A stretch of 64,000 bases of DNA. Origin: Paecilomyces variotii. Its lineage: Eukaryota. A model generated the notes under the pieces. It was given only the letters and a program-made list of their open reading frames with translations. It had not been told where the DNA came from and did not search any database. Shown here piece by piece: positions 46,844-59,701 of the stretch. The stretch lies in NCBI GenBank assembly GCA_004022145.1, contig RCNU01000012.1. The stretch is one strand, 5' to 3'. How positions within the stretch are numbered: position 1 is the stretch's first letter; each line of letters begins with the position of its first letter. The position numbers and the translations under genes were made by a program.

Positions 46844-49800
46844 GTCAATATCTGCTCATTCAGTCGAGATCTGAGCGTGAAACCAAACTGTAGAGCTCGA
46901 GCGGATTGCGAAAAAAACAGGAACAGGGCTCGATCGATATTAAATTGCCATAGACCGGCGATGGTAGCGAATATAAAGAGAAAGGTGTATTCGTCCCTAA
47001 GCGAAAGTTTCCCTGGGACGCAACGGAGAGAACACGGGCTTGCAAGCTCTTCAAGAGCGGCAAGGGTTCTGTCTCGACAACTAACACCTCGTTCGACGAT
47101 TGCGAAGAGTGGTGTACAACGCAGACACTGATGGCCGCGTTGAACTTCCGAGTTTTGTTGTGAAACGAGCGAAGGGGTGTGGAAAAACAAGCGGTTGCTG
47201 AGCCAAACTATCCAAGTACCGGGGCCGGTCGCTGAGTACTGGGCGTCCAGCCGTACGAAGGCGACCCACTCCTACAGTCCTGCTTTCCTCAAAACGAATG
47301 CGAGAAAAAGAAGGAAAGGAGTACGGTCAAACGGCGTCAGCAAGATGGTTTGGAAGCAAAAGAGTGTAGGAAATATCAAAAGAAAAAGAAAGAGAAGATG
47401 GAGGGACGATCGCCTTGTTGGAGATGGAAGAGAAAGGGATTCATTGCCGGTGGAGTAGGGAAATTGTTGGCATTGGCAGGTTTACGGGACTGTGGTTTAT
47501 TTTGGGCGCAGTATCTACGAAAAAGCACACGTAGTGGCTGGACCGGTTCCAGAACGGTATCGTGACACGTACTAGTATTAGCGTTGGGTACCGCTCCTGT
47601 TACTGTATTATTTACTTATTTACACCGTCCCCCGATCACCTCCTCCCCCCTCTTATTCCAGACGCGCCTTTTGCCAGTACCATAGGTGTCTGGGCCCCTT
47701 ACACCTCCCAACCTGTGTGGACGAAATACCGCCCCGGGAACAGACTGAGATCACACTCATCTGATGGTTGCGAAGCACGAACGGAGCAACAGCCTTCTGT
47801 CCTTGACAGTGCGTGCCATTGGTATGTCCCCCGTATGGTCCACGATCCGTACAACTTGTATCTATCAGATAATAATAACTAATACTATTCCGCGAGATGC
47901 GGCTTCCCAAGCCACCGCGACATGCGGTTGGTCCGAGTCTAAAGTGGAATAGGGGCAGCAACAAGTCTCACCAATAAGGGTCCCCCATATGCCTGAATTC
48001 CCTGGTCTGACGAGGCCACCACAGAACGACCCCTGAAACCGGGCCCACTGTCTGACAGCCAAGGATCGCAACAGGAAAATCAAGCGGGTCCCGTTTTCTC
48101 CTGTATGGGACAGTAATCTTACGCATCATTACCGGCCGGTATGAAGGGATCACATTGCTGTCGACCGCTCCGGTTGCACCGCCCCAGCAATGTGGAATGG
48201 ACTTTGAGGTTGAGAGCGATGGAACAAGCATCACTCCATCTCTTAGCCGCCTGTAAGCCCCGCAGAGGTTGGCTGCTAGTTATGATTATTGTACCAGTAG
48301 TTAGCTTACTCGAGTCTTTCTCAATGATCGCTACTAGTACTCTTATGTAGGTCGCCTCCAGATGTGCGCGCACTAGTTCACTATCCTGCTTTATCTCCCA
48401 CCTCTTCAAGTATCCCTGGCCAACCGTACCAATCATGCGGTGCATTTGCAGCTGCATCCTCTAGAGTAGCTGCAGCGTAGATAGATAACGCAACAGGCGC
48501 ATATACTGAGGGGAAATAATAGACCACAGCAGCCAGAAGATGCTTATTATCACAGCCCATATCAGGCTATCAGCAATGGTATCGTCCACGGTCACCGGTG
48601 GATGCCACTCACCTCCCAACTAGACGATTTTTCCACCTCGAGCAGTGGATGTACCCACCCATTCTACTGAAGTCTGATAGATAATCTGCGAGTGGGCTAG
48701 TTAACTATCCTCTCCATCGAGATTTGTCGCTATCTTGGTACATACATCTACCTTTCAGCAGCAATGCGGATGACAGTTTCCAATGTCGCCAATAATTGTG
48801 AGCATGCCTCTTCTAATGACAGAACCGGTTTGCAGTCTGCTTGCTGCTTCCGTGCACAACCGAAGCATACTGTAGTAATAAATATTTAATCACAGATCAC
48901 CACCACGACAACCAATACTTTTTGTCCTCGTTTGGCAGCCAATTATTAGAAGTTGCTGCGTCGGCTTCAATCGTTAGAATACAACGCCGAGGCCTAGACT
49001 ATACTAAGGATTGTAGTTCGGTACAGCGGTATTATTATTACTGACCTGGTCGTCCTGGAATTATTACAGTGGTGGCTTTCGCATCCACGATCCGGCCGCT
49101 ATTCCGGACGACGGTCTCAGACATGAACCACGCCAATCCTCCCCTATCTGGCCAGCTGTGACAAGGGTCCACCGATGGCCTCAACTTTCATTTCTTTTCC
49201 TGTCAGAGAAGACCCCGTCTGATGGTTTGAGGGAGAAGCATTGAAAAAGAGTTGCCACGGCCTCAGACGTGCCCCACGAGCATGTCCCTGCGAAACCCCC
49301 GAGTACGGAGTAAGGGAGGATGGGAACGCTCTCTGAAGGGCCCAGGTCCCTGAACATTGTTATGGTAATTCGGGTGACAGCCACCCCGGGACATCGTGAC
49401 CCGCGACGTGGATGTTGTCGATTCACCTTATCGTCGAACAAGCTCTCTAGAGGAGACTAACTAATGTCTCTCTAACTGACAATGCAGACAGAGATGGCTG
49501 GGCAAATAATGCTCTAGAGTATTCTTCTAGAGTCTAGAGACTTAGAGAGTACACTTCTGTTTTTCGTTTCCTCCCGACTTGAACAAACTGGGAACCAGTG
49601 CCGTATCCTGGATTTGCCTCCCGGCCGGATGACCCCTCGTTTAGTGGCTCAGGGAGTCAGGGTAGGCCGGAACGACCAACTGCCAGTGGTGTTCTAATGA
49701 TAGCAGCTGCCCGCCTGCCAGCATCTCAATAATGGTTTCCCCGCGAACGGTTATTATGTATTATTGACCAAACTTTAGTCTCAGCCGTGCATTGACGACC

Positions 49801-51109
49801 TGCTGCAGTCAAGGTCTGAATCATCGTTCTCAGTCTGATCGTTCTCGTACTCTAAAGTATGTTAGGTTAGACGTGTGGTTAGACGATGCTGGATCCGACA
49901 ATCATCAATGCCTTTCTGTCCCACGGGTTGCATGTGCAGGACAAGTCGCCCCGTGGCTGAAACCATTCATCAGAATCATATTATTTTCACATCCGCTGTG
50001 GCCCTGGTAATCTATCAGAACTCAATCGCGGCGTCAGAACCATTCAGAGCGGCGTCCTTACCAGCAACACAGTGGCGACTCGCGACGCCTTCGGTCGCTG
50101 GCCGTCCCGCGACCCGCTGGCTTCGAGCCAATGAACGTACATTGAAAAGGGGCACATCCAGATTCAGGACCTGAAGCCATCCTTTCCTAGCAGGGGCAGC
50201 CATTCCCAGCTGTCCTGTCGAGTCGTTAAGACACAATAATCAATAGTACTAATAATAATCATAATGTAAAATAAGAATAGTAACTACTATACCATACGAT
50301 CGATAACTTACAGACCGTACTAGTCAATTTAACGATGGCTTGAACGTCTCAGGGCTTCATCCTGGAACGTCCAGAATATTCTGGCGCTGAAGATCTGGTT
50401 ATCAAGGCGCCAGCCTCCTGGTAACTCGGACGTATCGTATCGCCGGGCCGAAGAGGTTAAATCCACAGGGGCCGAAATAATAATGTCTTCGCTGGCTTTG
50501 GAAATCTAGAGTAGACTATGGAATGCGTATCTAGGATGTATGGATCTCTGGGCTCTTACCAGGGCAAGAAGGTGATCAAACTTAACAAGCCATGAGGACG
50601 TCTTGTTAGACGCAAAGCTTAGCCGTCTCGTTTAGCATGACAAGCTTGGGAGATCCTCACATTAGGAACAAGTTACAACGGTCTTGAGCAGACTAGCAGT
50701 CCTCCCAGCCCTACGAGGACAAATGTTCACAGAAAACTCTGGGGTGTCAATAATAACGATTCTCGCCTTCCGCATCCATACGCGGCTCCTCGCATCCATT
50801 GATCTCTCTGTTCGTGGAGACATGCAATAGAGCATGGAGTGCTTTCACTGGAATCTCGAGGTTGGTCTAGTGATCGACTGTTTCCACACTGGGTTCCCGC
50901 GTTGCTAGAAGCTTTGAGAAAGTATCTACTATCTATCTAGATACTCGAATATTCCGCCCGACCATATGGTACGGAGTAATAGCGAGTGATGGGTCCTTGC
51001 CAAGCGAGCTTCGTCCTTGCTTGTCGCAAGCGTAGGTAAAAGTAGGTACGTACTGGTACTCTAAATCTGATCAGCAACTGGATGGAAGAGTGGGCTAATT
51101 GGAAATTTG

Positions 51110-51119
51110 CTAATAATAG
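51110..51119. promoter_or_regulatory. Rlm1/RlmA MADS-box consensus site (CTAATAATAG)
   Basis: Exact match to CTA(A/T)4TAG in the divergent fks1-gel intergenic region. Confidence 0.45.
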
Positions 51120-52262
51120 TCATTCATGTATATTGGGATTCGACGGTCCAGATCCGGGATCTTTATATACTCATAGTCTCATACAGAGAAGCCAGCAGAA
51201 GCCAGCTCAGATCTGACGACTCGACAACGCAGCCAACGATTCTCACTACACCATCGCCAACGTGCTGCTGATCAGTTGCGGTACCGTGGAGAACAAGTTG
51301 CGTGCTGGACTCGGAGCTGTGGCACGACCAACTGTGCGGCCCTCTCTCTCTCCTGAAATCAAACGGATGAACCCCGGATAAACTGCTTGGGTTACCCCAT
51401 ATGGAAGGCCTTGTGGCCTGAGGCATTCGATTTCCCATTGACAGCCTCTGGTCTGCGCGCAACCACCGCGTCGTGATGTCAAGAGACGGCCGCTGAAGTG
51501 ATGATAAGCAACGCAGGCCGCAACCATTGCGTGTCGCGAGAAGATCCAAATCGAGCATGCCTGGGAGACATCGGGGCAGTGCGCCGATCAAGCGGGAGAG
51601 CAGAGCAGAGAGGGCCAGAGAGAAGACCAAACAACAACCCAAGAGAGAAACGACAGTCCAGGAACGTCGCAGGGAGGCTCCGCGACAGACCCGCGTTCCC
51701 CTGGGATGAACGCCCAAGGAGGAAAGGAATTGCCCTCTCGGCGGCGATCTGGGGACTCACATTGGCGAGGAACTCTGGGGGCAGCTCCGCCCGCCAAGCC
51801 ATGGGCCGTGATCTTCTGGATAATCTTGGAGTCTTGGACCCTGAACATTCAATAAGATGTTCTGATGAAGCGATCTGACCGACCAGCCAAGAGGCTGTAG
51901 GGTCTTGGGAGTTGAAAGAGACACTCCTATCCCCCCAATCCCTCTGGGAGACTGAGACAAGAACCATCGCTTGCTTCCAGTCTCCTCTTTTTCTCTCTCG
52001 CTCTTGGCCCTGCCTCGCCTTTCTTCACATTCCCTTGCCACGTTCTTTTTCTCGACATTCTTTCAGCAGATCCATCGTATATTCAATCCCTACGTCCTTC
52101 CTTGGTCTGTCGACCGGTCACTCTCTCTTCATTCGCATCTTCTGCATCGCATTCGCTCATTCCCCCGTTCTCAGACGCCAAAGTGGTGAGACTAGGAATC
52201 TTCCAGCTACTGTCTGCACATTCGTTTTCTCTTGCTTCATTAGATATCAGCAGTAGTCCATC

Positions 52263-53961
52263 ATGAAGCTCTCTACCGTCCTCGCGGGCGCGTCGCTCTT
52301 CGCCAGCGCCGCCCTCGCAGACGTGGACCCTATCATCATCAAGGTACGTGAGCAGATAGGCCTCCTGATCAGACCGGTTCCACCGAACGCTAACGAAATC
52401 ACTGTAGGGCTCCAAATTCTTCTACAGTAGCAACGACACCCAGTTCTACATTCGTGGTGTTGCCTACCAGCAGGAGTACACTGGTGGCGGAGCCGATGGC
52501 AGCGGCTCCAGTTCGAACAACTACAAGGATCCGCTGGCCGACGCTGCGAGTTGCAAGCGTGATGTTCCCATCTTGCAGCAACTCAACACCAACACTATCC
52601 GTGTGTATGCGGTCAACCCCCAGGCCGACCACACGGAGTGCATGCAGCTGCTGAGCGATGCTGGCATCTATGTCATTGCCGATCTGTCTTCGCCAGGCGA
52701 GTCCATCAACCGGGCTTCTCCCACCTGGAACGATGATCTGTACAACCGTTACACCAGCGTGGTCGACGACCTGTCTCAATACAAAAATGTCATCGGATTC
52801 TTTGCCGGTAACGAGGTCTCGAACAACAAGTCCAACACCGACGCCAGTGCTTTCGTCAAGGCGGCCGTGCGTGACATGAAGGCATACATCAAGCAGAAGA
52901 ACTACCGTCCCATGGGAGTCGGCTATGCGACTAACGACGACTCGTCCATCCGTGAGGACATGGCTGACTACTTCGCCTGCGGCACCGAGGACGACAGCAT
53001 CGACTTCTGGGGCTACAACATCTACTCCTGGTGCGGTGACTCCAGCATCCAGAAGTCTGGCTACGACGTCCGAACCAAGGAATTCTCCACGTTTGCTGTC
53101 CCCGTCTTCTTCGCCGAGTACGGCTGTAACGCGGTCCAGCCTCGCAAGTTCACCGAGGTCGACGCCCTGTTCGGTCCTGAGATGAACGATGTCTGGTCCG
53201 GTGGTATTGTCTACATGTACTTCCAGGAAGCCAACGACTACGGTCTCGTTAGTATCTCCGGCAACTCCGTCAGCAAGCTCCCTGACTTCACCTCCTACTC
53301 GAGCCACATCGCCAAGGCCACCCCGACCGGTGTGAAGAAGTCCGAGTACAAGCCCACCAACACCGCCCTCCAGTCTTGCCCGGCTGTCAACGGCAATTGG
53401 CAGGCCAAGGCGACTCCTCTGCCCCCTTCTCCTAACCCCGAGCTCTGCCAGTGCATGACTGCTTCCCTGACCTGCGTTGCCAAGGACACCATTAGCGACA
53501 AGGATCTTGGCAAGACCTTCGGTGTTGTCTGCGGATACGAGGGCGTCTGCGATGGAATCGCCGCCAATGCCACGACCGGTGACTATGGCGCGTACAGCAT
53601 GTGCGAGGCCAAGGAGCAGCTCTCCTTCGTCATGGACCGCTACTACCAGGAGCAGAAGGCCAAGGGCAACGGTGCTTCCGCTTGCGACTTTGGCGGTGCT
53701 GCCTCTACCAAGTCGCCCGAGCAGCCCACCGGCTCGTGCGAGAACCTGATCAAGCAGGCCGGCTCTGCTGGCACTGGCACCGTGACCTCCGCCCCGACTG
53801 CCTCTGGCAAGACTTCAAGCGACGGCAGCGCTGTCTCCTCTTCCTCCGCCGGTGCTGCTCCCCACATGGCCGGCCCCGCCAGCCTGGGCTTTGGCGCCTT
53901 CCAGCTTGGCGCCTACATCGCCACCGCCATGGTCGCCGGGGCTGGTATGATCCTCCTGTAA
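52263..53961 (+). CDS. gel: GPI-anchored 1,3-beta-glucanosyltransferase (GH72 with Cys-box/X8 domain), Gel/Gas family; intron 52344-52407
   Basis: Signal peptide, [50 protein letters not shown]8 cysteines, Ser-rich linker and hydrophobic GPI tail. Confidence 0.95.
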
Positions 53962-54548
53962 AATCTTTGACCGGAAAGGCATCGCACGGTGTTTGCTTTT
54001 TTTGAATCATAATTCCCCTGATCTCGTGTACATGTCTTAATTATAACCTTTCCGGTGCCCAACTCTTTCTTCTACCCCGTTCAAGTTAGCAGTATCTTGG
54101 CTACGACGACCCAGCGCGCATTGTTTACTCTTTTTCCCCTACCGATGTGACAACTGAAAAAGTTTGGGGACCAGAACCGGATACTGGTAGCGATTTGAAG
54201 CGAAATTTTGATATAATCAAGAATAGACGCGCCTGTTTCTTTTTTGTTTGTAGTATCGTGTTAGTAGAGCGGGTGATCCACGCGTAATTTGGCTTTTAAC
54301 ATTCTTACTACGGTAGCTCGCGTTGACTTGGCATCCTACGTAGGGTAGCTACTCTCGTCTTGAAGAACAGTGTATCATTGAGAATTTATGCATGGCTTCG
54401 ATATCATACCTTTAGCGTCCATTAGATTGGTTTTCGTGGCTTTTTTTTAATTCGGACCGTGATCAAGCCGGAGGTGTTGCAGCATTACGCGACACAAGAC
54501 AGAAATATATAATATAATTACTTCCCGTCACACGTTGGGTGACCACTC

Positions 54549-54572
54549 ATATATATATATATATATATATAC
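54549..54572. repeat. (AT)n microsatellite
   Basis: Read directly from the sequence. Confidence 0.9.
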
Positions 54573-56622
54573 CTGTAAATGCCGTGGAATCGACCAACAC
54601 CCAATCTTGTTATACTACACGGCGAGAAATAATAAGCATTCCCCCCGAGACAGGCAGCGACAGCTCTAGGGAATTACCTTGGAGTAAGCTAAGAGGTTCT
54701 TGTCCTCGGTTTTTACCCCCTAGGACTTGCCCACCCACACCAAACGCGGGGAAAGAAAAGAAGCGGACTTAGTTGTCATACTTAGCGTTTTTTCCATAAC
54801 GTACGACTCTTCGGAGAGAAGCTATAGAGTAATTATAGAATCGACTACTTAGCTATAAGATGAAGAAATAATCTAAGCATAATAAATACCATAGTCTTTG
54901 AACTTAATGGATAAACTAGTTAGTAGTAGCTCTACATAGTTATAAGTTAACACAAATTACTTAGAGGAGTAGAGTACACTATACCACTCTACTGCTAGTA
55001 TCATTGTTCACTACAGTTTAAACCATAAGGATGATAATAATTAGCTCAGTAGCCTAAACGACTACAAACCTTAACCCTCTAGGGCTGAAACAAGTCCTCG
55101 TCATTTTTATCATAAATAATAATATTATACAGCAAGAATTACCTTACCTTTCCTGTATGAGTCGTAAAGTAAGTAAGTAAGTAATTAAAAACACTCCGCA
55201 ACGTAGACCACAGGGTTGGGGGTTTACTGGTATTTGCCGATTTGCCTCTGTTGCCACAGTCTAAGTTATTTATCTATCTAGTAGTCTAGCTAGTTTTTAT
55301 TACCATAGGGTAACTAAATGGATTTGGTAAGAAGATCGCTTTCTCGTCTGGGTGCGTAAGGATAACCTATCTATGGTGAGTAGATCATCGATGATCGGCT
55401 ATGAAAGCTTGAACGTGTGTAATATGTATCTACGTAGTGGGATTGCGGTTCGAGCTGATTTGCCTTTGTAGTTAGGTACTATTACTATAGACTCGGTTAA
55501 ATTGGTTCTAGATATAGTTATCATTGTGAATATCGACGGGGGTTAGCAGTTTATCTATTAGATAGACAGAAAGTCAGATAGTTGCAATTAGGCTGGTCTA
55601 AACCGCTGGGGAAGATTATACAGCAGTGTAACTATCTGCGTATTTATCCATTAGTTTCTTCCTAACGTGATTAATCAGAAAACTCCAACAGTCTTTCCTT
55701 TTCCGCTTAATTAATTACTATACTCTACGGAGTAGTTACGAAAAACCTGAATCTCACTCCTGCAGGGAAGAGGAGAAAGTGGAGGGATTGGAGTAGGGAA
55801 CTGACAGCCGAGGACAAATAATATGTGCGGATTTATAAATAACACCGAATCTCTAGTAGTGTACGAGACTACGAGTACTCTGTAGAAAATTCCGTCGAGT
55901 AATATATCGAATATTCGAAGTCGTAGGTCCATTCTAAGTTAACTGCAGGGCCTAAGATCGTCAGTGTCAGTGAGTTAATAATACTCTGAGAAGTTCGAAC
56001 AGTAATTCTCCGACGGGCTAGTGAGGTCAAAAAGCGTTGCACTCCAACCCTTTTCCGTGTATCTATGGCTTTTCTGACCAGCTTTATAGTACAGGGCAAG
56101 GGTTTCTCTTTTCTGCTTTTCATTTTGCACTCCCAAGTCTCACTCCTTTAATGCAGGTACAGGTAAAATACACTTCCTCTCCCCCGCCCAATTCATCTAA
56201 CGTGCATATGGTACATGACTGTATTATATTCATATATGATAGGTATGATACACATTACTACACGTAATATTTCCCGCGTTGGCTATATTAATAATTCCAA
56301 AAGATTGGGTTGTCTGCGTATTATTTCCAGGCGAGGAAAGTATGGTACATGTAATAGACTAGGTAATAATAATAATACTGAATATTAATTAACTGTGCCG
56401 AGACTGACGGCAGGAGTTTATTGGTTGGACGGGACGCGCGGTCGGAAATGAACAAGTTGGGTAGGCCGTTACGGTCGTGGATTGTGGTGGTTGGTAAGGT
56501 TACTCTTCCCCTACGAGTACAATCGAATCTACTAGATCCTCTGTGAATTCCGAACTTTGGGACGAGACTGTAAACACCAAGCTGAACAGCATACTTCACT
56601 ATCCTACTATTCGTGATTCAAT

Positions 56623-57690
56623 ATGGATCCTGCTACTACTACTGCTGCTGCTGTTCCTAATCGATTTTAGATCCCTCTTGAATATCCCGCCAGGATTCAA
56701 ACTCGAATGAACACGCCCCTCATCTGACCCGCGATCAACGCCGCGATATTCAATTTATGCGAAGACCAGGCTATACTTATGAGCACATCTCCCGTGAGCT
56801 GGGTGTCACTATGCGTCAAGTCCAGTACAATATACATACATACCAGCTAGAACATCCTACTCCGCAGAAAGCTCCTGGACGTTCTCTTACATTATCAAAT
56901 ATCTGTACAGATAAGAATGAAGTTTTTACCACTAGCTCTAGAAAGGGGCGTCGCATGACAGTATAAACAGCTAATTAGAATAGTTTCCATTTAGATAGCC
57001 AAGAAGATGTCCTCGCTCGAGCATTAAAACAGAGTGAATATCCCCGTTACTTCGCATGTTGCAAATTACTCATTTTTGAGAAGAATCGTCAGTTTTGCTT
57101 AGCGAATATCTGAACTGGTCTCTTGAGCAGTGGTATAATATCTTGTGGACTGGTGAGATATAGGTTGCTTCTGGAGGGTAATAGAATCTTGGTGACTAGA
57201 TGTCTTCGTGAGGTTCTAGATTACTTGTATCGTGGAGTATTATCCAACGTACAAGAATTGGATGTTCTTAGTTCCTTTCATGGAAATACCTTGCCTCTTG
57301 GGGAGAAGGACTGGACCGGCGTAAGAGGGAGTCCTATTGCCAAAGAATAGTTAGTACCTCTAATTAAGGACTATTCAAAATCAAATCCCCATCTGATTGT
57401 AATCCAGAACAGTGCTCCAGGTATGACTGGGAAGGAGCTAGCACGCTGTGGGATTCAACCTATTTGCTAGCCACCTTATTCGCCAGATCTGAGTCCTATC
57501 GAAACAGTACGAGATGAGATGAAGGATTGGCTAGATGAACACTACTGTCCTATGCTAGGCTCCAACAGGCAGTTCAGCAGACATGAGATAGCATAGGATT
57601 CGAACGGCTTCATAGATTCTTTTTAGCGGAGATGCATGATCGCTGCTGGGCAGTTATTGAGGCGGAAGGGAGATACACCTGCTATTCGAT
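56623..57690 (+). mobile_element. Degenerate Tc1/mariner (DD34E-type) transposase relic with RIP-like mutations
   Basis: HTH-like HLTRDQRRDI..YEHISRELGVTMRQVQY, ILWTGEI*V (family ILWSDETWV), IQNSAPG (QDNAP), *PPYSPDLSPIETV (WPPYSPDLNPIE) and C-terminal MHDRCWAVIEAEGRYT. Multiple stops and frameshifts. Confidence 0.85.
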
Positions 57691-58119
57691 GTATTTAAAT
57701 CTAGATCATGATAAATCACTATAAAATCAGCGATAGGCAAGCTAGAGTAGTAGAACTACAGTAGAGGTTGGGATCCTCTCCACTAACTAAACTAGGCGTA
57801 CTAAATTGGGCTTTACGGCCCTGGAAAACCGACTGTGACTACTCAGCATTGGACCCCTTCGCTACGGTTGACAAATTAAGCTCCTATCACGGCGATGCCA
57901 TGTATTCGTTTGTTCATTCTATGCGCCAGATAGTCTCATAACATGCAGCGAGTGGTTATGTTGAATCTGGAAGCGATTGAATTGAATCACTGATTCGTGC
58001 TCTCTATGGACCCACGAAAAAACACCTAGCTAATAATTGCGCCGCAAAACCCATGTATCCCTATGAACCGTTGATTCTCCGGCGGAAACCGAAAAGAAAA
58101 AAAAGAACCACACTGGAGC

Positions 58120-59701
58120 CTATGCCGTGGCTGAAACGGGCAGTGGAAGGCCTAGGATGTTCCAGCAGACTGAAACGTCTGTTAGTACTGTACAATGCGG
58201 GAGACAAGAGATATGTGCCATATGAGATAACTAGCATGGATGGCTGGAACTTACTTGATAGGCCCAGGTCTGTTCCAAACGAGGTCTTATATGCCTCTGC
58301 TCCACCCGACACACCCATGTCAGGGTGGTATGTCACAGCAGTGCTGCCCAGAGCGAGCGCCATCATAGGCGGCACTTCCGGATAATCGTAGAGATCGAAC
58401 TTTTCTCCCTCCTTTCGCTGCTTCGAGGCGGCTGCCATGAGCTGCAGAATGTTTACAGCGGCGCACTGGCCCATCGAGAGGGCGCGTCCGACTCGCTTGA
58501 TCCCGGACCAAGCAGTGATATCACCGACGGCGAAGTGGTCGGTGTTATTAGGGATAGTCGGAGAAAATTGCAGACTAGATAGAAACCAACAATGTCAGTC
58601 AATGTCTGCGTCTGCGTGATGAAATAGGGATATGTTCGATATGTCTTGCGGAAACTTACGTGGGCAATACGTTGACATATCCATCCTCTGTCACTGCTTC
58701 TCGAGGAAGGAATTCTGTTCTCGGGAGATGACGGCTTGTTGCCCAGACTGTGTGTCCAGCCACTAGATCCTCTCCGTTCGATAGCTTAAGGGTTGTCCTT
58801 TGAGGGTTACCTTCACTCGCAGGCTCAGATGTCTCGCCGGTCACTCTAGTTTCGAGAAGCACCTCTACGCCATCTTGGCGCAGAGTCTTCAGGGTGTTCT
58901 CCTTGAATTCTTCCGGGAGAGGCTCGTTAGAAAGAAGAGTTCCTCGAGAGTGGATGAGTACTACGCGCTGCTCTGGGTGGTGATGCTTGATCTCCGCTGC
59001 AAACTCCGTTCCCACGGCTCCTATTCATCGAACAAAGAATAATTAGCCCTGCAGTCCCCATGATATTTAGAGATGTGCATGCGACATACCGCCTCCAACA
59101 ACGACAATTGGCTTGTCCAGGGAGCCCTTCAGCGCGTTGATATGCTTCATCGCATCATCCAGGTATTCCTGTCTGTTCTGGGATTTAGGCAGGACGGGCC
59201 AGTCGCGATGAAGCCCGGTGGCTGCGATGAGATAGTCATACTGAATCACGCGATCGGTTTCGTCTTCCGGTGTCTTGGTACTCCGCCACCATGCCGTCTT
59301 CTTCAGAGGGTCGATCTCGACTATTCTTCCTTGCAGAATATCCACATTCGGTCTCTTCAAGGCGGGGATGTCGCGGTAGCTGATCCAGGCATGGTCGGTC
59401 ACGCTGTCATACACATGCACCAACGGTGTACCCATTGTGTGGACTGCGTATCATCGAATTGATTAGCCGCTGCAGCACCTGTGATTTATGCATGCTTATG
59501 ATCGTGATCCTTACAGACTCCATCTCTTTCGTCGAGGATGGTAATGTGTGGTATAACATCAGGCACGCGCGCCTCTGCAAGCTTTAGGACAGAAGGAAAA
59601 TGGGGCTTTCCATCGCAGACATTCAGCAGATTGAGAGCCGCGTACAGCCCGCTGTAGGCGGCACCGACAATAAGGATCCGTGGCGGAGAGGACTGAGACA
59701 T
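58120..59701 (-). CDS. AIF/AMID (AIFM2/FSP1-like) FAD-dependent pyridine nucleotide oxidoreductase, about 5 exons
   Basis: ILIVGAAYSGL, LDERDG, YDYLIAATG, IVVVGGG..VGTEFAAEIK, LIHSR, FAVGD, AGSSRVGRA..MGQCAAVN, ALALG, and a spliced end GTDLGLSICWNILGLPLPVSATA*. Confidence 0.85.

Noticed and set aside
52399-53307. 302-aa minus-strand ORF antisense to gel
   Set aside because: Same codon-bias shadow effect.
56400-57850. Terminal inverted repeats and TA duplication for the Tc1 relic
   Set aside because: No convincing matching inverted ends were found on the two flanks.
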